Assembly (NCBI GenBank): GCA_964247055.1
Contig: OZ176055.1
Span: forward strand, 3,534,001-3,598,000
Reading direction: 5' to 3'
Source of the DNA: Paragordius varius
Taxonomy: Eukaryota > Animalia > Nematomorpha
Length of the DNA: 64,000 bases
Part shown: one piece after another, positions 50,740 through 64,000 of the stretch
Layout: each line of letters begins with the position of its first letter
Numbering within the stretch: the first letter of the stretch is position 1
Notes under the pieces: generated by a model
What the model was told of the DNA's origin: nothing
Databases searched by the model: none
Seen by the model: the letters and a program-made list of their open reading frames with translations, nothing else
Made by a program: the position numbers and the translations under genes

Positions 50740-53700
50740 TCATTCATCACGTTGGACATAATTTAATTTTTTGGGCATCGATTTATTAACAACCGCTCTA
50801 GCTAAAGGACTTTGTCCTGTTGATGAATTAGTTTTATGAAAGTCATCCATACCACTACAGTCTGAATATGTAGGGTCTAAAACATAATCAAAATTATTTG
50901 AGTGATTTTGGTTATCAAAATTTTGGTGGTGCTGTTGTTGGCTTAAATGATAAGTTTTATAGGCTGAGAACATGGATTGTTGTATGAAATTGGTTAGGAT
51001 CCAATTATGAGTATTTGGATATTTGTTAGCTAACAAAGGAAACCAAGAATTCAAAAATAGTGTCGCGGAATTCGAAGCAGTACCACTGGAAGAAATGTTT
51101 GTTGAAGTACCGACCGAAATCGGAAATTTATTGGGCTTTATTTCACTCTGACCTAAAACATTATTTTTTGGGAATATAGAATTATTGTTATCTTTATTCA
51201 AGGGGGATAAGCGCCGTTGTTCGTAGGTTGTATTAAAGTTGTTAGTATCTAATATGTTTTGAACAGCATATTTCTTATGATAATTACCATTAGTTTTATC
51301 ATGATTATCGATAGTTTTCTCACTATTAAAATTGTGACATGCTTTGTCCTTTTGTATCTCGGTTCGGACTGGGTGATTGGCTGAAGTTAAAATAATGTTA
51401 TCTTTTTTATAAGTGTCAAGATTCGGGAATATTTTATGACAATTGCTTCCCTGTAAAATGTCATGGTTATTTGTATCAGAATCGGAATTTTGATACTTTT
51501 TTCCGTTAGAATAGATATTAACCCCAGTATCCATATTTAAGCTAACTGGTGGTGTACTACATTGCCTTTGAAAAAGATGTAAAGGGCTAGGATCATCTAA
51601 TCTTTCGATATTGTTTTCAACCTCTTTGTTTTTCTCCGGGTTATTTTTATTTTTCTCAGTTTTTCTCCACTTGGCTCGCCTGTTTTGAAACCATACCTAA
51701 ACCATTTTATTGAATAAAGAAAATAAAGTCATTAACAGATATTAAAATTATATTTACTTGCAAAAGCAACTTAATTTTGATTTATATTACATTAACATAA
51801 ACAACATTGTAGAAATTTTTCTTTTTAATTAAAAGTTTTAACGTTTTACCTGAACCCTAGCTTCAGTTAAATTGATTCTCATGGCCAAATCTTCTCGTGT
51901 AAATACATCAGGGTAATGAGTTACGGCAAAAACACTTTCCAATTCTTCAATCTATAAGTTATAATAGTTGCGTATAAATGGTTATATATTAAAATGAATT
52001 ATATGATAGCAAGTAGTTTCTAATCAGTATAAAATTTAGAGATTTTTATTCTATGCTTGTCTTGATAAAATAGCCAGATTTAAGGTACAATTTGGTAAGT
52101 ATAATGAAGCAAACACCTACTTTTAGTTTTCAGTTTGACAATCGATCTGAAAATCAAAAGGGGACTTTTGTAAATCACTAATGATAGCACTTAATTCAAT
52201 CTTAATAATTATCAGTTGACTTATTACTCCCCCCTTTTTTCGGAGAAAAACAAATTTTGAAAACTCCCTCAATAAATTTTAACAACATTATAAAATATAA
52301 AATTTTATATTTTCTGTCCGTAGTTCTAAGATTTAATACCTTTTTATATTAATTGAAAATTTGCATAAACGACAGAATTACACGGAGTTAAAAATGCATC
52401 GGCTTCTTAAAAGTTTTACAATTTCATTTCAAAGGGAAAAAGATTTAAACACCCTACTTTTTAGAGGGGGCAATATGAAATTTGGTGACACATATTCTGA
52501 AAAATACATTTAATTGAAAATCATAAAAAGTTAAAATGCTCTAACATGTATAATCGTTTTGTCGACACAAACGAAATGTTTTTTTCTAATTGACTGAACA
52601 TAATAGAAATTCCAAATATATTAATTGTTAATTCTTCTGTTTTATTTGTTTCTTATCTTTATATATACTTTTAATTATGCTTGCAACTTATTTAAAATTT
52701 TAATAGACTCAAAAATTTATACTATTTACACTTCAAATTGACCCTCGAACAATTTAAATTAACCCTTGAACAATTCAAATTAACCTTAAAAATAATTTTG
52801 TGTATTCGAACTAATATAACTCATTTAATATTAAATATATCTTTATGGCATAGTTTATTATTTTTTCAGTATTATTTTAATTTAAAACAAAATTTTATTT
52901 TTTAAAAATATTTAAAAATATAGGTAATTTTTAAACTTAAATACATATAATTTATTTGGGGGTAAATTTGAATTGTTCGAGGGTGATTGTTTAAGGGTGA
53001 ATTTGATTCGTAAATGGTATATAATCTATTTCATGAGGGCCCATGTTGTATACAGTAGCGTATGGTAACAAACAACAAATGGTAGAAATTAATCAGTTTT
53101 TTTCCTAGTAACATTGATTTAGTTTATTTGATCATGGACAATCTTTTCTTAATACAATACGCTACTGTAAGTTGTATTCTATTTTTTACATGAAAAATGT
53201 CAATAATCATGATTGCCATTTTCGTCACATACTATGCACGGCACGACATTACTAAAAAAAATTTACAAAAATTCATTGAAAAAAGGTGTGGTTCAATGCT
53301 GGCCCTCACCAATAAAAGGTAAAGGGCTGCAAATAATATTTATCTTGTATCAAGGACCGTGTGAACCATAAAATACCGATAAAAATTTCATGGTTACTCC
53401 ACACATTTTCAGATATTTGTGCTCACAATCAGTATAAAAACAAAATCCATAAAAGCTTAATACCATTCATATATGTACCTGATATAAACTAAAAGTTGTT
53501 CGATTCCTTCTCTGTTTCCTGCGGGCAAAACTTTCATCATTAACGCCTGTTGGTATGGGTCTACTACAGACCCCAGAACTATTCAATGAATTACTAAGAT
53601 GGCTTAGGTTATGAAGAGTTTGGTTTTGATTGTTGCTATTCAATGGAATACTATAGAAATTATTATTTGCAGGGGCCGAACCACCCATAAAAAAATTTGT

Positions 53701-53742
53701 CGGATTCATGAAATTATTTGAGTATGGTTGACTGGAAGACAT
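50740..53742 (-). CDS. DRGX: Paired-like (Q50) homeobox protein of the DRGX/Prrxl1 family, 3 exons
   Basis: Exons 53479-53742, 51850-51951 and 50740-51696. [20 protein letters not shown]|[34 protein letters not shown]|[15 protein letters not shown] matches the DRGX signature ([29 protein letters not shown]). PRD-class intron between residues 46 and 47. Confidence 0.85.
52718..53022. mobile_element. MITE family D copy in DRGX intron 1
   Basis: tatactatttacacttcaaattgaccctcgaacaa / ttgttcgagggtg...cgtaaatggtatata. Confidence 0.72.
53053..53167. mobile_element. MITE family C copy in DRGX intron 1
   Basis: ta|cagtagcgtat ... atacgctactg|ta. Confidence 0.8.
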
Positions 53743-56586
53743 GATTTTAAAAAAATACAATATTGTAATGATATTTATGGATAAAATAGAGATGTTTTGA
53801 TTACGGATATATTCTTAATACAAGAAAAACTAATAATAATTTAATCGATAATTAAAATTATCCAAAGTTGAATTGATAATAAGTATCTAAAAATTCGTCA
53901 TTAAAATAAATATTTAAGTATGGAAATATTCAAAGAACAAATTTGTAAAGATAAAAATATGTAGAATAATGAAGTGCGACTACTTTAGGATGGAATAAGA
54001 ATTTATTATTAATTTATCAAAATATACGGTATAAATAATTAGGAATATCCAGTATTTAGCAGAGAGTAGGCAGTTTTTAAAATAAATGTTTTGAAAAAAT
54101 ACAAAGGAGTAATGGGACATGTTAGTTTAAATATATTGAATTATTATTTCTGTTTTGTGCGCACATATTTAGACATTAGTATATGGTTTTCCTATTTTAA
54201 GTATAATTATATTTGCAGATATTAATTAATATTAATCCAGTTCAAAATATTTAACAATCCACCCCTTTATTATTACCCACTTTTTTCTATATTATGAGTG
54301 ACGGTATATTAATTAAAAATTGGAAAATATATGCAAATTGGGATTTTCGGTGTTATACGGGGTCGCAGCCCAATTCAATCATCCACTAAAATTGCAAGCA
54401 ATAACTACATATGCGAACATTTTTAATAAATTATTTAAATTTAATAAGAAATTCTCACAATTTTTATGTGTAATTTAGACGCATATTACAAAATACACTA
54501 AAAACACCAAAGTTCAATTTTATTTGTTATAACCAAATCTCTATTACGTATTATATTTCAATTTGTTAAAGTGACAAAATTATTTAATTTTTATTTCTTT
54601 GGTGTACCTATTTATCAAGCTTATATTTTCGATAGAAAATCGAGATTTCGAAGCCAGCTGTTTGGAAACCGGTGAGGCATGTTTTCCGATCATATCATTG
54701 TCTATTAGATGTCTTAAATTTTTCAAATATAATTTTATTACTTTTAAATTTTTTTTGCATTAAACCCTAAGTGTTATGGGCAGGAGTCAAAGTTCCATAA
54801 TGTTCTGTGTTTTTAGTAATTCTATCCAGTTTTTTTATGTATTTATTTTATAAATACGGTCTCAATTTGTAACTTTGTTTATTATTTTAGGCATCTATGT
54901 AAATGTTTCCGTCAAAATTTTTTATACCTAATTAAAACCTTTTATACCCACTAAAAATCCCAGATTTGCAGTTTGTAATTATGCTGGACTGATAAAACAA
55001 AATCAGAAATTGAGCCGATTGAAAGCCTCATGCCTCTAGAACCGTGGAGCGTCGGCGCGCCAATAAAGCCTAAACTTACGGGCCCTATATTTGGTTGGAC
55101 CAATTGTCTAAGAATATTTTCCAATCTTCGATATTACCAGCATTGGGATACGGTGAAAACGTTTCGCCGACCAGAAAATGGATAATCGAATCATATCAAA
55201 ACTACTCAACACTTAATTCATCAAAAATATAGTAAATAATAATATAATAATATTTAAGTAGCGCATAATTTTTTCAAGTATAAACTTAAAAGCTACCTCC
55301 ATAAAACCTAATTCGTGTTTTTTAAATGATACAGGGCTCCGGTCGATGATGAATAACTATATTTTGATGTATTTACATTGGATATGATCACTATTCTGTA
55401 ATTTTCAGATTGTCAAATAAGGTTAATTTGAGTTTCTTTCGTCTCAATAAAATTAATATATAGTAAATATAAATATTTTTTAATTATAAATTTAACAGTG
55501 ACAGAGGAAAAAATGGCTCGAAGAATACTAAATTCGCTTAAGCAAACAAAATCAAGAAAACAAATCTTTTTTTCTTTAATTACAATTAAATAAATATAAC
55601 AATGTTGCAACATATTTTTATATTTGTTGTAACATTTAAATATATTAAGATAGGGCATATATGTAAATGTAGATGCAATTTATTATTTTATATTTATTAG
55701 GGAATCTAAGGTTTGATCAGGCCACCTACGGTTCAAACTAATATATTATTTTAATCCTAAACCGCTGAACGATATAGAGCCACCGACGACACCCCGCAAT
55801 CAACAGGTTAATTAACAACAGTGCATAAAGCACTTGGCTAAAATAGTAGTGATTTATACAAAATAAGTATTAACACTTATTTATATGCTAAAAAATTTAA
55901 TTATAATATTTGTTTACAAAAAATGAATCACTAACAAGAATTAATATAGAATGGTATTTAGTTTATTATGGTTAAGGCGAATCTAAAAAACATAAATTTT
56001 AACGCCAAATTAAAAAATGCTAAAACATGAGAAGTCAAAATTAAACAAAAACTAATGATAAACGTCCATCGACGCATTTGAATTTTGGTCTTAACCAATA
56101 TTACTGCTTCTAAATTAGAAGTAATTATCTGGAAATTTATCCTGCAGAATTCAATAGCTTTTAAATATATATCATTCGGTTAAAAATTAAAGAATATCTG
56201 CATTTGCCCAAACTTTAAACAAAATATATAATAAAGATCCTTAAACGATTGTGGTATTTCCTAATTTTGGATTAAACCTTGAATAAAAATATGTCTCCAT
56301 GGGACTTAATAATAAAATTCACGATTGATTTATAAAAATCATGATGGTTTAATTAAAAAATGACTAGTGTTTATCTATATAAGACTAATAATGGGACCAA
56401 ATATGAGTTTGAAACATGCTTTTGTGCTACCAGTTCATTAAAATAACGCTATCCAAATAATTAATTTACTATCGTAAATATTTGTGGAAAATTTTTTTGG
56501 ATCCTTGTTAAATCGATTTGAATCATCTGTTAGATTTAGACACAGTCGATGTGTGAGATAACGAGCATTAAAAAATACATTTTACC

Positions 56587-57472
56587 TAATGTGACCAGAT
56601 AGGCTGTTTTTCGCAGTACAGTACTGGATTTTCAGGAAAAAACTGCGCCTGTACTGCGCTTACTTTTGAACTGCTTTTTGTAATTAAAAAAAATTTAATT
56701 TTTAATATATATTAATTACCTTTTATTTAAAAAAAATTATTTTATTTATTTCTTAATTTTTTCCTAAACTTTAATTTTTATTAGTTTTTTCATATTTTTG
56801 CCTAAACCAATTTTAGATATTTTTTGAAGCGCACTTTAACCTATTTTGAAGCATGATGGAAACATTATAACGCTTTAAGATATAATAAAACCCTCATTTA
56901 AATAATTCGATGATGTTGAACATTCAAAATTTAATTTAAAGGTTTGCTTGCTTGCATTTTGGTGAATTTTTGAGAAAAACACAGTTTTCAATTGATATAA
57001 CTTTGAAAACTAACGAATATTTTAATCAAAATTCTGAGTGAGAAAAATGTTTAGTATTATCGATTTAACAGTATTACATCTAAACCGTTTCTATCGTTTC
57101 CATCATGTTCAAAATAGTATGAACGCTCAACAAATTTTGCTAGATATTAAATTTTGAAAGTTTACTTTAATCAAAAAATTTAAATATATTTAGTCGACAT
57201 CAATTAGCGTATATTTAATTATTGCAGATTGTCGGAGCGTTTATTTTAAGAGAACAGTCCTTTTTAAAAGAGCCAAAAATGGTACTTTCAGTGCTAACAT
57301 CTAAAAATTTAAACCAAAAGCACCATGATAATCCTGATACTTTTCTATCAGAATATATATATTTCATCTGGTTTTTTGTAGATGTTTAATATACCACACC
57401 GATGGTATAAAAACAGGCAAACTATGTTTTAATTTTGTACTGCGTCAAAGTTAAAAATATCTGGTCACATTA
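56587..57472. mobile_element. Non-autonomous TIR element (886 bp) with a 9-11 bp TSD, possibly Mutator-like
   Basis: 15-bp TIR taatgtgaccagata / tatctggtcacatta; flanks cattttacc on both sides; shared subterminal cgcagtaca motif. Confidence 0.82.
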
Positions 57473-57550
57473 CATTTTACCTGATTTGTAATGTTAAATA
57501 CTCAAATTTTTTGAAGTGATATAAAAATTAAAAATTACCAGATTATCTAC

Positions 57551-57598
<48 letters not shown>
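57551..57598. repeat. (TA)n microsatellite
   Basis: About 24 TA units with one interruption. Confidence 0.95.
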
Positions 57599-57600
<2 letters not shown>

Positions 57601-59873
57601 AAATTAAAATAATTACGTTTAAATAATTATTTAGCTACGAGTAATTTTCGATAACATATTGTTTTTTTAAAACTTATATGAAGTAGTATTCTAAAGCATA
57701 TTTCTATATAATTTTAACACTTCGATTCAAATTGAGGTATCTAAATACCCCATAAATTTAAATTAATATTTTGACAAAACTACTCAAAGAAACGGTCCCA
57801 ATTTAAATTTATGCTTCTATCTTGATAAAAATAATAAAAATAAGCTAAAATATCTAAATAAAATTTCGTTTTGAAAAAAAGTTCCATGTCAAACTACTTG
57901 GACGCCATTTTTATTTTACAAAATTTTTGCAAAATATCGTGTTTATTTGAATTTAAAATAAAGGCTAATTTTTCATTTAAATCACATCTAACATTGATAG
58001 AAACAGAAAAAGTGGTTTATTTTATTTTAATTTAGCTATTGCACACATGTCATGTTGACTAAATTTTTACCTTAAAATTTTGCCTAAATAAAGTAATATT
58101 AAGTTGTTTTAAATGAAATTTTTTAAAAATTTCGGTTCATTAATGTTATAAAAGTGAAAAATTTTGCCATGGCTTCAATTCATTCCATATTTTTTGAATT
58201 ATTTGATTTTAAACAGGCTTGGGGTATCCAACTACCCCAATTTGAATTGAAGAACTGAAATGAATGTATGTTAATACTAAATTATAGAGAATTCTAAATT
58301 TAATAAAATGAAACAAGTTTTTTAAAAAAAATTATTGGACCTCATCCTCATTTTATAATATATATATGTCGTCAGAATGGAAAATTTACATATTTTAAAA
58401 TTTGAACAAAAAATTATACATTTCTTGATATTTAGAATATAATAAATTAAATTTAGGCACATCCTGAATAAAAATTAAAAATATTATGAAATTAAAAATT
58501 TTAATTATTTTTCTTATTTTTTTTAAATACGAAATTTTCCTAATTAGAAAATGGTTTGGCATCATTTGCTTATATTTATTCCTTTTTTATCTTTTTGATT
58601 TTTTTTTCTAAAAAAATAATTAATTAAATATTTTATGTGCAAAACAAGCTAAAGAGATGGACGAATGGGACGACGGTATTGACATTTTTTATAAATAAAT
58701 TAAAATTTAAATTAAAAATTTTAATTTTAAAATCTCGCATTTTAATTAAATTTTTAAATAAATAAAATAAATATTTTAATAGGAAGAAAGAGAGGCATAC
58801 TGTCAACTTACTAAATGCCAATACCATGAATGCTATTGTAATTTTCAGTTTAAAAATTTTAGCAAAATAATATGGCGATGCGTTTTAATTAATATCCATT
58901 TAATGTTTTAAATATTATATTAGTATATTGATTAGTTAGAAAGATTTTTAAATTTTCTGTGTTGCTTATTGAAAGACAGGGTCTGAATCTTTCGGTTTTT
59001 AACATTTTTTATGCCTAAAAAGAGTGATCCATTTTTATTAGCTTATAATTTCAAAAAAACTATCCAATATTAAATGACAAGTGTCTTAATCTATCACGGT
59101 ATATTAAGCCATATTGTAGAATCACTTTATATAATTTTACAAGCGTGTTCGGAATATTAGAATATATGTCGTTTCATCTAAAATAAATGTTGTTCATATA
59201 TAATAATGTTTAAAAAAAAGAGGCGTTCTTCAAGAACATGTCATGATTCGTTGTAGTCAAAATCATTGCAATTATCTATCGAAGTATGGATAAATAACAA
59301 AATTCAAAACTTAGGTTTTCCCAATTTGTAGTCTGAAATTTATGATATTTATCATTTTAATAATGTTTGAATTCAGAACTAAATTATAAGCTATGATTTC
59401 ATTTGCATTAGGATATTTGTGTAATAATTTTAATATCAAACAGAGTTTGGAAATGATAGTAATATTGGTATCACACAATATCCAAATGACAAAAAAATTT
59501 GGATTATACAATCGAATCTTTTTATGCTAGTATACAAGCCATTTAGCAAAAAAAACTAGAAAAATGAATTTAGCGGCAAAGAATTTGACATAATGAATGT
59601 TTACATTAAAAATATTTTTTGGGTTGCACTTTAAAGGCCTTAAAATCTAGAATTTTAAATTTGGCCCGATCATAGATATTTTTAAAATATTTATATATGC
59701 AATCGCTATGGATAGATAAATACCCTAAAAGTGAATAAAGTTTTAATTAGATTCACAACATATAGTTGTTGAATTTGACTAGTCGCATGATAGTATACTT
59801 TTGGAAAAGCACACCAATATTCCAATTAATCGCATTTTCATGTGTTATTTTGGTAAAACATGATGACTAAATT

Positions 59874-60153
59874 CAGGGCTGCCGAACACAAATGGCTTCG
59901 CGAGCCTTATTTACGGCTAAAAAAATCCGACGGACTGCATTTGATAGGAATTAATATTTTTTTTTGTTGGATTTTAAACATTCACGTAGCATATAATTAG
60001 TTTATTTCACCAATTTTTGCAAATTATTTGTCGAAATTTGTAATCAAATTTAATTAAGGAAAACAATTTTACGATTTTTTATACAATATTTTTGAAAATT
60101 ATTTGATTTCCTATTTAATTTTTCCGAATTGTGGCGCGGGATGGACACCCGCG
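59874..60153. mobile_element. hAT MITE family E copy
   Basis: cagggctgccgaacacaaatggcttcgcgagcc start nearly matches 34406; degenerate right end ggacacccgcg. Confidence 0.7.
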
Positions 60154-61090
60154 AATTAAAACATTATTGCACTTTCATATCTGCTCCTAAATTAGACCGG
60201 TATCATTATTATCTGAACATTTCTTAATTAGGCAATAGTAAAAAACGTATATTACCAAAAAAGTCTTGGAATGATTAATTATTTTTTTATATTATAATTT
60301 AATCAAAAAAACTTACCGATATATATAATATTAATAACATTATTATTGTTTACCGTTTTATTAAATTTGTGAAATAGTTTTGCCTATCTCTAATTTTATA
60401 ACTAATTAAAAAAATTTGTCTTCCAAATTCACCTGGGAAATTTCGTCAATTTTTTGTCATTTTTAATCCAATAATTTAATAATAATTCTGAAGGCTGTAA
60501 AAATAAATTGGTAATTATTATAAAAAGTACAAAGTTAAGAAAAAAAAATAATTACTATTTTTTCGTTTTCTATATTAAATAAAAATGGTCTGCAAAAGTT
60601 AGAAATTAATTCTTAATTTAACTGACATCTAAATTTTTGATAGAAAAACAACTAAATTTTTCCTTATGCCAAACATAAAATTTTATAAAAAGATATTAGA
60701 AATTATCCGCTAACAAAACTTCAATTATTATTAACTTTTTGTGGATATAAAAAATATTTTTTTTCATTCAAAAAATTTTGAATTCTTCCCAAACAACATT
60801 TTTAACAAAGATAAATAATCTTTAGCGTTTTTGGCGCCCGGTGCATAAATAAACTCCCTTTGACTCCTTAAAATTTATATATCCCAACCAATAGTCTTTA
60901 TTTTATATAATTTTAATTTAGCCCCTTATTGGACCTACGAAGGTTTTGATGATATTTTGTAACCTTTAGGTTGTTCATTGCTTTTTTAGAAGCAAAATTC
61001 GCTTGGCCATTCGAATTTTTTTTAAAACTATCTTATAAAATATTAGGGTTAAGCGGCAACTCCTATATGAAAAGGCATTTGAAAGTTGGC

Positions 61091-61608
61091 ATATACCATT
61101 TACACCTTAAATTCACCCCAAAAATAAATTATAAAATTGAAACTCTACGGACAAAACGTAAAAATATAAAGACAATTTTTTTTTGCAAAAAACCATACTT
61201 TATTAAACCTTTATTTATCCATAAAAATCACTTAATTACAATCGGATACATGATTGATTTTTTTAACAATATATATCTCTATTTTATACTTTGCAGTTTT
61301 AACAATGAGTTATATTTAAAAAAACAAGATTCACAAAGTTGGTTGTGTTTAAGAAAAAATATTTGTCTTTATATTTTTACGTTTTGTCCGTAAAATTATA
61401 ATTTTTGCTGTTAAAAATCAAAAAATTACCTATTTTTTTGATATTTTTAAAAAATCAATCTTTGCTAAAAATTAACAAAATATAGAAAAAAATAAAAAAC
61501 TATGCCATAACGAAATATTTTTATCAATAACTTAATTAACCCAAACATTTTAGGGTAAAATGAAGCGAGAGTGCCAAAAAGTTTAAGATTGAGGTGAAAA
61601 TGGTATAT
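61091..61608. mobile_element. MITE family D copy containing a nested family A MITE (~61130-61410)
   Basis: Outer arms atataccatttacaccttaaattcacccc / gaggtgaaaatggtatata; inner arms ctacggacaaaacgtaaaaatataaagac / gtctttatatttttacgttttgtccgta. Confidence 0.75.
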
Positions 61609-63234
61609 ATTATTTGAATTATCCTTTAATTGGCAAAGGTTAATCACAAAAAATTTAATAAGTATATTTAGATTGAAATTGTGATTTTATCATTGCTGTG
61701 GAATTTAAGGTTTAGCCGCGTTAAAATATTTTCATATTCAATAAAATTAAATTTTATCGTTTTTAATTGGTGGTAGTATTATAATAATTATTTTTGTTTC
61801 ATAATATTAGCCAACATGTTAAAATGTCATCATTTATGATATATATGTTAAAGCGTAAAATATGTAACTCCAATATCAATTTATATAAAAAAGATAATTT
61901 TTTTCATCATTTTTCATTTATTTATTTGAAAATAATTTTTTTTAAAGTTTAATCCAGTCCCATATATATATATATATATATAGAGTTAAATAGCAAAGAT
62001 ACTTTTTTGACATTTTTCGATTATTTTGCCATTTATATTAATACAATAATAATATAAAAAGTTATAGTATAATTATCATTTTTAATGCTATTTTCTCCAA
62101 AAAAAGAACAGACAAAAATATAGGATTTAAATCAGAAAAAAATGGAAGGCAAAAAATCTCTAAAACAATTAACATTTATTTATTATTATAAAAGGATGAA
62201 ATGATCCCAGGAGATATATTTTATTATGATGATTATTAAAAAAATGTATTTTATTATTTGTTAATAGAATAGCTAGTTAGTTGTTAACACTTCTTTATTA
62301 ACAAATTAATATTTCAATAATAATTACATTTTTTCGTTGTATATGTGTATGTGTGTTTTTATATAATTTTTTGAAAACCAATTATCATTCATTTTATTGG
62401 TTATTATAGAATGAACCATCATACCATTAAAAAATCAAACACTTTTACTTTTGTAAAGCAAAAAAATAAAAATCAATTTAGAAAATATATAAAATGATTG
62501 TCATTTTAAGATTTAATATATATATTTTACCCTAATAAATCTTTGCGCTGTATTTTTAACCGCGCAATTCTAACTTATGCATAAATATATTACAAACAAC
62601 AAGAAATATTATTACATATGTAATGACATAACTCTAGCAGAAGACAACGGAATATAAATTGCTTAATTATTATTATTATTGTTAATATCATTGTATCAGC
62701 ATTAATTTGTTATCTCGTATAAATATTTTTGTTTCTTTAATTAATTTTTTTTCTTTCATAATCATTTCCTTGAACATGAATAAAAAGTTGTTGAAAGTTG
62801 TGTCATACTCACAAAACTGTATCATTGTTCAAAAATTTTGGTGATTTAATAATTGGAACCCTAGATTTTTATAAGAGTTAATTCTATAGTACGTAAATAC
62901 CCTGGAGTTCCGCAAAAAATAAAAAAAATATATATATACCAATATATTTTATATCGGCATTCACATGCCATTATCTTAACCATCAAATCATACCATAATA
63001 TAAAATTGACCATTTCCCCAAAAAACAATTATATATATTATAAAACATGTACATAAAACTATTTTATTTTATATTTAAATTTTATTTTTACGTTTAACAA
63101 AGATTACTTGTAGTAATCGAAATATCATAAATCTATATAATTTTAGCTGAATTATACATATATAATAATAAAACTATTTTATTTTTAACATGTATTTAAT
63201 ATTCCAGCCATATATATATATATATATATATAAA

Positions 63235-63669
63235 TTAATAATTTTTGTGACAATAATAAGGGCCTCCCGTATCGCCCAATCCTTCGTCAACTTTTTGCTT
63301 ATCAATCATGGTTTCTACCTTTTTTCGGGCATACCTATTAAGTAATTGAGTTATTTGTCCATTTTGTATGGAATAACAAGTAGTTTTATTATCTCCTAAA
63401 CCACTATTGACCGTTTCTTTCTTTATGAGGGCCAGTAAAAAAGGACGCAAAACATCAAAACTCAAACCAAAATCAGTGGGGAGCCCTGGAATGTTTGCAT
63501 CTAAAACATGCTTGAAAATGGCATCGATTCGTTCTTTAGCTTCTGTGGGAAAAGTGTATTCCCGAACATATAGAATATATTGGTTGTGATAATCTTGCTT
63601 TTTATGTGAATGAGTATTATTATTATTATTGGTAAGGGTTTGATTTGATGACACGATAATTGACATGTC
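63235..63669 (-). CDS. Exon of an unidentified gene (upstream part probably beyond the right edge)
   Basis: 145-codon open frame with coding-like GC. In-frame acceptor (ttttag|gac atg) at 63670-63671. No recognisable domain; may start at ATG 63666. Confidence 0.55.
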   Translation of the reverse strand, partial: DMSIIVSSNQTLTNNNNNTHSHKKQDYHNQYILYVREYTFPTEAKERIDAIFKHVLDANIPGLPTDFGLSFDVLRPFLLALIKKETVNSGLGDNKTTCYSIQNGQITQLLNRYARKKVETMIDKQKVDEGLGDTGGPYYCHKNY

Positions 63670-63870
63670 CTAAAAATATGAAAAAAAAACAATGATTTAA
63701 ATTACAGTAAAAATCAATATTATTAAGACAAATCTTATGATTACTATTTTGTGAAAAATATAATAGGTTTACCAATTTACATCTCTTTTCACCCTTTTGT
63801 AATCAAAACATGAAGTATTAAATAAAAATATATGGTTGTTTGTCTTTTAATTTTTATGTTTTGTTTATAT

Positions 63871-64000
63871 CAGGGGTATCCAACACGCGGCCCTCCAAAA
63901 TATTTCTGCACCCGTGAGAAATCTTAATATTTTAAGTGATCCAAATAGAATTTATTTTCCTAAAAAAAATTCTGATAAAGTTATTGCGAATTTCGGCCAT
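63871..64000. mobile_element. Left end of a hAT MITE family E copy, abutting a family A half-arm
   Basis: caggggtatccaacacgcggccc...aatatttctgcacccgtgagaaat; truncated by the window end. Confidence 0.7.

Noticed and set aside
54960-55200. GC-richer patch with LCWTDKTK resembling the Tc1 VLWSDETK motif
   Set aside because: A single weak motif with no supporting downstream blocks or TIRs.
60971-61393. 140-aa ORF (also 17636..17941 and 45576..45773)
   Set aside because: These run through AT-rich MITE or hAT element sequence, with F/I/K/L/Y-biased translation and no domain.
1-64000. Alternative genetic code, CRISPR arrays, rRNA/tRNA genes, telomeric repeats
   Set aside because: Conserved exons contain no in-frame stops and all three stop codons end genes. 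No regularly spaced repeat-spacer array, structured RNA gene or telomere tract was seen by eye; tRNAscan and Infernal were not run.

Overview
Very AT-rich eukaryotic (metazoan) genomic DNA with spliceosomal introns and apparently the standard genetic code (TAA, TAG and TGA all terminate conserved genes; conserved Trp is TGG). No rRNA, tRNA or CRISPR signal was seen. Seven intron-containing genes were reconstructed by hand: an ADAMTS-type metalloprotease (+), an SLC7 L-type amino-acid transporter light chain (-), U2 snRNP A' (+), amphiphysin/BIN1 (-), HDAC1/Rpd3 (+), exostosin-1 (-) and a DRGX-type paired-like homeobox gene (-). There is also an intronless GOSR1 (+) and one unassigned exon near each end of the window. 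Introns and intergenic DNA carry relics of hAT, mariner and RTE elements and many MITEs, several of them nested. The most striking property is a set of 21-30 nt GT-AG introns coexisting with 1-3 kb introns; at least some sit at ancestral positions. This resembles reports from dicyemid mesozoans, but the species cannot be fixed from this window. Other notable items are a tandem duplication of an HDAC1 exon end that creates a candidate in-frame 42-nt cassette exon, decay of the GT64 active site in EXT1, and a large insertion around the heavy-chain-binding Cys of the SLC7 transporter. All gene models are manual and unvalidated by transcripts; protein family calls rest on recalled motifs, not database searches.
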